Of a stretch of 5,255 bases of DNA, positions 1 to 4,560 are shown piece after piece. The stretch's first letter is position 1, and each line of letters begins with the position of its first letter. The position numbers and the translations under genes were made by a program. The stretch covers positions 1 through 5,255 of the IMG/VR virus record IMGVR_UViG_3300012344_000010; one strand, written 5' to 3'. Source of the DNA: a virus. Under the pieces are notes generated by a model, which saw only the letters and a program-made list of their open reading frames with translations, searched no databases and had not been told where the DNA came from.

Positions 1-77
1 AAGATACTCGGGACGCTGCAAACGAGCATCCGGAGACGTCACGCCGAAGTGAGACTTAAGCACCTCAATATAACGAG
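1..77. repeat. Copy A of a 77-nt direct terminal redundancy, the signature of a circular genome or assembly overlap. It is identical to 5179-5255.
   Basis: Read directly: aagatactcgggacgctgcaaacgagcatccggagacgtcacgccgaagtgagacttaagcacctcaatataacgag occurs at both 1-77 and 5179-5255. The minus-strand capsid reading frame stays open and in phase across the implied junction. Confidence 0.97.
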
Positions 78-1068
78 TACCGCCACGGGCATCGCGCTCA
101 TAGAGCTTCTGAATCTGGAACGCCATGCGTAACTGATTGATAGTGGCAACAACAGAGTTACCAGAATTAACAGCCCAAAGATTGGAAGGATAATAGGCAG
201 CACCAGCAACAGAAGAAACAGGATCACCATAACCATAAAGATAACCAGCATAAGACGTAAGCGGACGATTAGCAGCAGAAGACCAAGAACTCGGAGAGGC
301 TTCAGACATACGAACAGGCTGACCATCTGAATAATTCTGCCCAACAGGCCAAACGGACTTAGGTACATTCTCAGATTTTGCAACAACAGGTAAATCACCC
401 TGCGAAACAACTGAAAGGGTAACATCAGGGCCTTTCTGCGGCGAGGGAAGGCAGCTTGTGAAATAATCATGATACTTGGCGGCGATATAGGGAAGACCGC
501 CTTTCGCACAATCAGTCACAAAGTTACCGGTGTTCACACCAACAACGGTAGCATCATCAACAGGAACAACAAGCGGATCCTGCAAGTTCTGATCTCTAAA
601 CCACTCGTTCATAACGAGGGCATAAGCACGGAACGGGAGAGCAGAGACACTCAGACCACCGACACCTGTAGGCAGACCAAAATAATCGGCAAGAGTACCA
701 ACAGACCAGCCAGAGGAAGGCGACGTAATCTGAGGAACAGAATACTCCGTCGAGGGTATCCACGCACTTTCAGTGTTTTCACCGTTAAACTCCTTCCAGT
801 GATTCCAAACAAGGCGGTTCGGAACAAAAAAGTAATACGTGTCAAGGTAAACATTGTCCATCATCGGAGTAAGAAGGGTCTGCATACGCACAACTTTGGA
901 AGTACGTACATTGAACGTATCGCCAGGAAGCACCTCTTCGAGGAAAAAAGGGACGATATCGCCGACATTAAACGAAGTCTTGATAGAAGACGAACGGTCA
1001 AAGGTAGACCGGCTCATATCAATGCGAGTAGGATTCAGCGCAAAATGCGATTCGACATTACGATTCAT
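1..1068 (-). CDS. VP1: Major capsid protein VP1 (Microviridae F-type jelly-roll capsid), N-terminal 356 codons. The gene runs off the left edge and continues at 5178-4561.
   Basis: ATG at 1068-1066 is preceded by AGGAGG with a 6-nt spacer. I checked every plus-strand triplet in frame 1 from 1 to 1068 and found no tta, cta or tca, so there is no minus-strand stop. The translation is MNRNVESHFALNPTRIDMSRSTFDRSSSIKTSFNVGDIVPFFLEEVLPGDTF...YYFFVPNRLVWNHW...LPFRAYALVMNEWFRDQN...KYHDYFTSCLPSPQKG...TINQLRMAFQIQKLYERDARGGTRYIEVLKSHFGV. These are blocks I recognise as characteristic of gokushovirus capsid proteins. Confidence 0.95.
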   Translation of the reverse strand, partial: MNRNVESHFALNPTRIDMSRSTFDRSSSIKTSFNVGDIVPFFLEEVLPGDTFNVRTSKVVRMQTLLTPMMDNVYLDTYYFFVPNRLVWNHWKEFNGENTESAWIPSTEYSVPQITSPSSGWSVGTLADYFGLPTGVGGLSVSALPFRAYALVMNEWFRDQNLQDPLVVPVDDATVVGVNTGNFVTDCAKGGLPYIAAKYHDYFTSCLPSPQKGPDVTLSVVSQGDLPVVAKSENVPKSVWPVGQNYSDGQPVRMSEASPSSWSSAANRPLTSYAGYLYGYGDPVSSVAGAAYYPSNLWAVNSGNSVVATINQLRMAFQIQKLYERDARGGTRYIEVLKSHFGVTSPDARLQRPEYL

Positions 1069-1546
1069 TCTTAACCTCCTTTACAACTTCGGGTTCAACC
1101 TTCGTTGGGGTCTCGGTCTCTACAGGCTTAGGGGCTTCAAAGCCCATCTTAGAAAGCCAATCTTCAGTACCAGACTGGGCAAGAAACTGTTCAAACGAAC
1201 AATCAAACTTCTGACGGGTTTCCAGCGGAAGAGACTTAAACATTTCTTCAGCCTGATTGATACGGTTGAGGGCATCGGCCATATTCTTAGGAAAGTCAGT
1301 CACGTCTGCATAAAAGCCCTGAGCCTTGTTAAGGGCTTCCACGTCACCATTGGAGAAGCGGGCAAGGATAACGTTGAGATCAACCGAATCACGAAACGAC
1401 TGGATATAGTCATACAGATTCTCTTCACCTTTCTTCTCCAACACAACACGACCGTTGGCATCATACTTACCGCCATAGAGCACCTTGACAGGAGAACCAG
1501 CATTAGCGGCAATGCGATTATGCGGGGTATACTGAGTATCAAACAT
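1058..1546 (-). CDS. VP3: Internal scaffolding protein VP3 (Chlamydia-phage-type scaffold), 162 aa
   Basis: Track ORF 1058..1579, trimmed to the ATG at 1546-1544, which follows GAGGAGAAGGAAATAAAG. The product MFDTQYTPHNRIAANAGSPVKVLYGGKYDANGRVVLEKKGEENLYDYIQSFRDSVDLNVILARFSNGD...GFYADVTDFPKNMADALNRINQAEEMFKSLPLETRQKF resembles gokushovirus VP3. It has an acidic, Pro-rich tail. Its stop overlaps the VP1 start by 11 nt. Confidence 0.85.
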   Translation of the reverse strand: MFDTQYTPHNRIAANAGSPVKVLYGGKYDANGRVVLEKKGEENLYDYIQSFRDSVDLNVILARFSNGDVEALNKAQGFYADVTDFPKNMADALNRINQAEEMFKSLPLETRQKFDCSFEQFLAQSGTEDWLSKMGFEAPKPVETETPTKVEPEVVKEVKNES

Positions 1547-1670
1547 CTTTATTTCCTTCTCCTCTCTCATAAAGTGCATCGAGCAGCTGGTCTACCAGAT
1601 CAGACACATTCTCACGCGAGAAAAATTTCAGCACAAACGCGCCGATAATATGCAAGAACTTATTTTTCAT
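1539..1670 (-). CDS. Hypothetical 43-aa protein, MKNKFLHIIGAFVLKFFSRENVSDLVDQLLDALYERGEGNKDV. Not in the ORF track.
   Basis: Hand-translated codon by codon. The ATG at 1670-1668 follows AAAGGAG with a spacer of about 11 nt. It overlaps the upstream ORF stop by 11 nt and the VP3 start by 8 nt (ATGTTTGA). It fills what would otherwise be the only unexplained gap inside the gene block. The sequence is not low-complexity. Confidence 0.35.
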   Translation of the reverse strand: MKNKFLHIIGAFVLKFFSRENVSDLVDQLLDALYERGEGNKDV

Positions 1671-1797
1671 CAGAAGCAATTCTCCTTTCAAGTTCAAATC
1701 TGCACTCATTCAAAAGAGCAGTTAATTGAGAAATGTCAAGAATCTTAAGAGCCTCAGAAACATCAATATTGAAATACAAATCACGCATTTCAGCCAT
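1660..1797 (-). CDS. Hypothetical 45-aa acidic, probably helical protein, MAEMRDLYFNIDVSEALKILDISQLTALLNECRFELERRIASDEK
   Basis: This is the C-terminal part of track ORF 1660..1986. The ATG at 1797-1795 follows GAGGTG with a 7-nt spacer and overlaps the stop of the 87-aa gene by 8 nt (ATGGCTGA). The upstream 63 codons of the track ORF are Leu/Ile-rich off-frame sequence lying inside the 87-aa gene, so I excluded them. Confidence 0.45.
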   Translation of the reverse strand: MAEMRDLYFNIDVSEALKILDISQLTALLNECRFELERRIASDEK

Positions 1798-2053
1798 TGC
1801 GTAGCACCTCACTTGCTTCACAGATGCTAACAGGCTCAAAGATACGCTCAGCGGACTGGGAAACAACACCAGAATCCGTATCAAACTTGGCAACACAAAC
1901 GAGTCTAAAATCATTGGGATGATCATACATAATACTATCAGGCTGGTTAACAGCATGGGCAAAATTGCGGAGAGCAACAGCGTCATTCTGCTCGAGAACA
2001 GGAGTCATATAGCCAGTCTTAGCGTCCTTAATGGAATACATACCGAGAATCAT
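1790..2053 (-). CDS. Conserved small Microviridae non-structural protein, 87 aa, possibly the VP5-type protein
   Basis: The ATG at 2053 follows GGAGGT with an 8-nt spacer and forms an ATGA overlap with the upstream basic peptide. MILGMYSIKDAKTGYMTPVLEQNDAVALRNFAHAVNQPDSIMYDHPNDFRLVCVAKFDTDSG fits a pattern I recall from small gokushovirus proteins (YS..D.K.G......N...A.R.F...VN........P.DF.L...G.FD...G). The family name is from memory and unverified. Confidence 0.7.
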   Translation of the reverse strand: MILGMYSIKDAKTGYMTPVLEQNDAVALRNFAHAVNQPDSIMYDHPNDFRLVCVAKFDTDSGVVSQSAERIFEPVSICEASEVLRNG

Positions 2054-2163
2054 AAACGAATACCTCCACGAAAAATTTTAGGATCAATATTGATCTTCTT
2101 AGAATGGGCAGCGGTGCGGCGGAAAATCTTGTTATCTAACTTGGGTTTCGTTTTCTTGCGCAT
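2050..2163 (-). CDS. Small, highly basic DNA-binding/packaging peptide (phiX174 J-like, gokushovirus VP8-like), 37 aa: MRKKTKPKLDNKIFRRTAAHSKKINIDPKIFRGGIRL. Not in the ORF track.
   Basis: Hand-translated. The ATG at 2163-2161 lies 2 nt after the Rep stop and follows AAGGAAG with an 8-nt spacer. 13 of 37 residues are K or R. The C-terminal RGGIRL ending matches what I recall for gokushovirus DNA-binding peptides. The TGA stop overlaps the next ATG. Confidence 0.7.
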   Translation of the reverse strand: MRKKTKPKLDNKIFRRTAAHSKKINIDPKIFRGGIRL

Positions 2164-2165
2164 GA

Positions 2166-3200
2166 TTACAACTTCCTTTCAAGTGATTTTATGCGAGCCA
2201 TCAAAGCAGCTTCTTCAACTGCAAGACGGTCAGGCTCAATAAGAGACGTTTGCAGAGACTTATTATGAGCATCTACCAGCGCGGCATGCTGGCGCTTGGC
2301 CTTAATCTTTGCCATCTGCTCAGGATTATCGAGATCAAAAAGCCGGTCATAATACCGAGGCGGGCGAAATTTCAACTGACCTTTATCAGTCGGAAGATTG
2401 ATATACTCGTACTGATACAACTCGGGATGGTCAGCGTAATACTGATAAGCAATGCCGGGCTTGCGGGACATCCGCACGAACTCCGGCTCGATATTGAAAC
2501 GATCATACACTTCTGCGCCTTCACCGAGAGCCTTCTTCATAATATAGCGGGCGGTATATGCGCAGGTATCCCATGTTACGGCACCGACCACAACATAGCC
2601 GAGACCCCAACACTTAGTAAGAGAATCACTAATGAAATAATCATAGTTTTGGGGACTACGTTTGTAGGGTCGCAGATCGTCGAGAGTGAGTCCAAAAATA
2701 ATTGCGTGATAATGAGGGCGATAAGTAGTAGAGCCATACTCGCCGCAAGCGAAGAACCGAATACGCTCATTAGAATGTTCCTTTCTCAAACGTTTCATAA
2801 AAAGCTGGAGATCGCGGGCACGGAGAGTCAAACCAGAACGAGCTAAACCATCATCATTCTCAGAATAGTACGTCACAGGCACATGATCATCATCGTAAGT
2901 CAGAGTCACGAAGTAGGAAGAATCATGATACTGCAACTCCAACATACAGCGGTTCGCCCATTGGCGCGAACGCTCAAGCCGACAGCCGACACAACGGCCA
3001 CAGGGAATCTTCAGACGAGCATTGGGCGGATAAGATTCCCATTCAGTAGGGCCAGACGCGAATTTAATGTCGCGTTTACCATTGGCATTAAAGCCAATAG
3101 ACACGGCCAACATGGGATGGAAACAAGACACAAAGCACACCTCACTAAGGGGATGCGATATCCTCTTATTTTCATAATAGTTTTCTAACTTTATCCACAT
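2166..3200 (-). CDS. VP4: Replication initiation protein VP4 (HUH rolling-circle endonuclease, phiX174 gpA-like), 344 aa as drawn. The true start may be the GTG at 3131 (321 aa).
   Basis: Track ORF with CFHP near the N-terminus and a Cys cluster CGRCVGCRLERSRQW. RCR motif 1 is FVTLTY, the HUH motif is RPHYHAIIFG, and the double-tyrosine motif is YTARYIMKK (Y-x3-Y, compare phiX174 A protein YVAKYVNK). Confidence 0.93.
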   Translation of the reverse strand: MWIKLENYYENKRISHPLSEVCFVSCFHPMLAVSIGFNANGKRDIKFASGPTEWESYPPNARLKIPCGRCVGCRLERSRQWANRCMLELQYHDSSYFVTLTYDDDHVPVTYYSENDDGLARSGLTLRARDLQLFMKRLRKEHSNERIRFFACGEYGSTTYRPHYHAIIFGLTLDDLRPYKRSPQNYDYFISDSLTKCWGLGYVVVGAVTWDTCAYTARYIMKKALGEGAEVYDRFNIEPEFVRMSRKPGIAYQYYADHPELYQYEYINLPTDKGQLKFRPPRYYDRLFDLDNPEQMAKIKAKRQHAALVDAHNKSLQTSLIEPDRLAVEEAALMARIKSLERKL

Positions 3201-3226
3201 TATAGACTATTCTTTTTATTAGTCAA
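3199..3226 (-). promoter_or_regulatory. Sigma70-type promoter candidate for the Rep-proximal operon: TTGACT, 16-nt spacer, TATAAT
   Basis: The minus strand reads TTGACT (3226-3221), AATAAAAAGAATAGTC (16 nt), TATAAT (3204-3199). It sits at the end of the only long noncoding region, directly upstream of Rep. The -10 hexamer overlaps the ATG at 3200. Confidence 0.5.
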
Positions 3227-3255
3227 TAGAACTTTAGTGTATATAAGAATATTTA

Positions 3256-3284
3256 TTGAATAACTCAGGTAGCGTTTTTAAAAT
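3256..3284 (+). promoter_or_regulatory. Promoter-like hexamer pair on the opposite strand, TTGAAT, 17-nt spacer, TAAAAT. May be a chance match in AT-rich DNA.
   Basis: The plus strand has TTGAAT at 3256-3261, a 17-nt spacer, and TAAAAT at 3279-3284. It points away from Rep, toward the 3315-3354 hairpin. Confidence 0.2.
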
Positions 3285-3314
3285 TGTAGACAATAGTGTG
3301 CGTGTCTTGGTGTC

Positions 3315-3354
3315 ACTCGTCACCATTACATCAAGAAGAGTAATGGTGACGAGT
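3315..3354. repeat. Perfect inverted repeat forming a hairpin with a 15-bp stem and 10-nt loop, in the noncoding region
   Basis: actcgtcaccattac (3315-3329), atcaagaaga (loop), gtaatggtgacgagt (3340-3354). The arms are exact reverse complements. No T-tract follows on either strand, so it is not a canonical terminator. Confidence 0.85.
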
Positions 3355-3421
3355 TCGGCATGCGATACGACAGCCGAGATTTTATGCAAAAGAGACTGCA
3401 TACCATTTTGACAAGGAGTGC

Positions 3422-3467
3422 AAAAAAGAAGCGGAGCTTGGCGCAGGGGCGCGACTCGCTTCGCTTC
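3422..3467 (-). terminator. Rho-independent terminator closing the structural (late) gene block
   Basis: The minus strand reads GAAGCGAAGCGAGTCGCGCCCCTGCGCCAAGCTCCGCTTC followed by TTTTTT. The outer stem is GAAGCG/CGCTTC plus AGC/GCT, and the inner stem is GCGC/GCGC around a CCCT loop. The element begins 24 nt after the stop of the last ORF. Confidence 0.65.
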
Positions 3468-3490
3468 CTTTATAAAAAATAATTGATTTC

Positions 3491-3601
3491 TTAATGTCGA
3501 TTAAGCCATTTAATAAATGCAACGATCAAAGAAACAAAACCAACGAACTGAACACCTAAAACAACGATCAGAGCGATGACCATAAAAAAATCAGTGTTCA
3601 T
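3491..3601 (-). CDS. Hypothetical 36-aa single-pass membrane peptide, MNTDFFMVIALIVVLGVQFVGFVSLIVAFIKWLNRH. Not in the ORF track.
   Basis: Hand-translated codon by codon. Its ATG (3601-3599) overlaps the VP2 TGA stop as ATGA and follows GGAGGT with a 9-nt spacer. It has an uninterrupted hydrophobic stretch of about 24 residues followed by a basic tail (KWLNRH), and is followed by the terminator. Confidence 0.5.
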   Translation of the reverse strand: MNTDFFMVIALIVVLGVQFVGFVSLIVAFIKWLNRH

Positions 3602-4506
3602 TTGCGCGAACCTCCGAAACCACCGGTTCGACCATCAGAACCAAACTTTTTACCAGTAACTTTGTCCCAAAAGGACAAACGACCGGAAGACTTACCAGCT
3701 TCGAGAAGCTGGGGAAGACGGTTCATAATCATACCAATCATAGAAGAAGTCTCACCGCGACCAAAATCGTTAAGCTGCTTATAAGACATATCCGAACCAT
3801 AACGGGAAGCGGCAGCGGCCTGATCAGAAGCATAACGCGAAGCAGAAGCGGCCGCAGATGAGCCAAACATAGATGCCATAGCAGCGCGATCGCTTCCATA
3901 ACGGGAAGCCTCATAACTCCGATCAGAATGATAGCGGGAAGCCTCATAAGACCGATCACTACCATAACGGGAAGCACCAGCGGCAGTATCAGCACCATAA
4001 CGCGAAGCAGAAGCAGAAATATTAGCTACGATCTGCTCCATAGCAGTATACTTCTCTGCAACAGCTTCTTGAGTACGTGCGTTAATGTTAGCGGATTCAA
4101 TCTGCGTCTGGGCGCTTAGGAGGCTTCCTAAGAGGTTTGCAATAGCACCGGAGGTGGATGTATCGGTATCACCTTTCGCACCGGCAGAGGTCACGCCAGA
4201 AGCCGTTGCGCCACTTCCAACAGAAGCGCCGTTACCGTTCATAGCAGAAAGCACAGGATTAAGACCGGCAGCCATCAAATCTTTCACTTCACGCTGGTGA
4301 GCGGTATTAGACATAAGCTCCTGCCAATTACGATTCTTCGCGGCTTCGTCGGAATTAAAAGTCATGGCCTTAGCATTTTGTTTCTCCTGCCATTCACGCT
4401 GAATAGTAGCCTGTTCAGCTGACCAAGCATTATTAGCCTGGGCAATTCCCTGCATTTGCTGAATCTGCTGTGCACCAGCATTAAGAGCAGCATCAAAATC
4501 AGACAT
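3598..4506 (-). CDS. VP2: Minor capsid / DNA pilot protein VP2, 302 aa
   Basis: The ATG at 4506 follows AAGGAG with a 6-nt spacer. The N-terminal block NNAWSAEQATIQREWQEKQNAKAMTFNSDEAAKNRNWQELMSNTAHQREVKDLMAAGLNPVL matches the conserved gokushovirus VP2 signature I recall (W.E....M.F...EA.KNR.WQE.MSNTA.QR...DL..AG.NP.L). The middle is Gly/Ser/Ala-rich. The position directly after VP1 is typical. Confidence 0.85.
   Translation of the reverse strand: MSDFDAALNAGAQQIQQMQGIAQANNAWSAEQATIQREWQEKQNAKAMTFNSDEAAKNRNWQELMSNTAHQREVKDLMAAGLNPVLSAMNGNGASVGSGATASGVTSAGAKGDTDTSTSGAIANLLGSLLSAQTQIESANINARTQEAVAEKYTAMEQIVANISASASRYGADTAAGASRYGSDRSYEASRYHSDRSYEASRYGSDRAAMASMFGSSAAASASRYASDQAAAASRYGSDMSYKQLNDFGRGETSSMIGMIMNRLPQLLEAGKSSGRLSFWDKVTGKKFGSDGRTGGFGGSRK
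3784..4014 (-). repeat. In-frame tandem repeat inside VP2: 7 units of 33 nt (11 aa), consensus about A-S-R-Y-G-S-D-R-S-Y-E
   Basis: The units are ASASRYGADTA, AGASRYGSDRS, YEASRYHSDRS, YEASRYGSDRA, AMASMFGSSAA, ASASRYASDQA and AAASRYGSDMS (aa 165-241). At the DNA level, ccataacgggaagc recurs in three units, and cataacgcgaagcagaagc is identical in the units at 3817-3849 and 3982-4014. Confidence 0.9.
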
Positions 4507-4520
4507 AACAATCTCCTTTC

Positions 4521-4550
4521 AAAAATAGTGGGGGCAACTGCCCCCACTAT
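4521..4550 (-). terminator. Hairpin plus short T-tract between VP1 and VP2, a candidate partial terminator or mRNA-stabilising 3' structure
   Basis: The minus strand reads ATAGTGGGGGCAGTTGCCCCCACTAT (a 10-11 bp stem containing a G5/C5 run) followed by TTTT, then GAAAGGAGATTGTTATG (the VP2 ribosome-binding site and start). It lies 11 nt after the VP1 stop. Confidence 0.55.
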
Positions 4551-4560
4551 AACAGGTATT

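Noticed and set aside
39-509. Minus-strand 156-aa very hydrophobic ORF overprinted on VP1, with similar same-strand ORFs at 651..854, 1300..1542, 2576..2770, 3738..3998, 4362..4796 and 4800..5033
   Set aside because: All are alternative frames of confirmed genes and are dominated by Leu, Ile, Val, Phe and Met. That is what a frame shift of T-rich third-position codons produces (T moves to codon position 2). None has an SD-like sequence that I could find. I note that phiX174 lysis protein E arose as exactly such an overprinted hydrophobic frame, so conservation analysis in relatives would be the test. On sequence alone they are not supportable.
1547-1579. Upstream start (MHFMREEKEIK...) of track ORF 1058..1579
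   Set aside because: The extra 11 codons consist of the purine-rich RBS itself (GAGAGGAGAAGGAAATAAAG). The ATG at 1546 yields the N-terminus MFDTQY..., consistent with VP3 homologues as I recall them.
469-1648. Long plus-strand ORFs 469..1074 (201 aa) and 854..1648 (264 aa)
   Set aside because: They are exactly antisense to the recognisable VP1 and VP3 genes. They are Arg/Lys/Ile-rich with no recognisable motifs and have no SD before the starts. Such ORFs are typical antisense artefacts of the strongly skewed codon usage of the real minus-strand genes.
1798-1986. N-terminal 63 codons of track ORF 1660..1986 (108 aa)
   Set aside because: This portion lies wholly inside the 87-aa gene in another frame and is low-complexity hydrophobic. 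An internal ATG at 1797 with its own SD and a stop/start overlap gives a more plausible 45-aa product.
1919-3188. Plus-strand ORFs 1919..2242, 2250..2846 and 2883..3188
   Set aside because: They are antisense to the small-gene block and to the motif-rich VP4 Rep gene. They show no RBS and no family resemblance.
3203-3294. Two copies of tagac[t/a]at (3203-3210 and 3287-3294), and 7-nt resemblances (TATAGAC, ACACTAT) to the phiX174 origin core
   Set aside because: The matches are only 7-8 nt, in AT-rich DNA, and one lies on the non-packaged strand. They are too short to distinguish from chance, and I could not find a full phiX-like nick-site consensus.
3234-3401. 55-aa minus-strand ORF (MQSLLHKISAVVSHAELVTITLLDVMVTSDTKTRTLLSTILKTLPELFNKYSYIH) within the noncoding region
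   Set aside because: It has no SD, and the upstream sequence CTCCTTG is the opposite of one. It lies after the terminator and before the promoter. Its middle is simply the translation of the perfect palindrome. An open frame of this length is not statistically remarkable. Conservation in relatives would be needed to revive it.
3602-4300. Plus-strand ORFs 3602..3784, 3928..4119 and 4085..4300
   Set aside because: They are antisense to VP2. The one at 3928-4119 merely reads the complement of the 33-nt tandem repeat, which explains its repetitive ITGSTSGSIS-like text.
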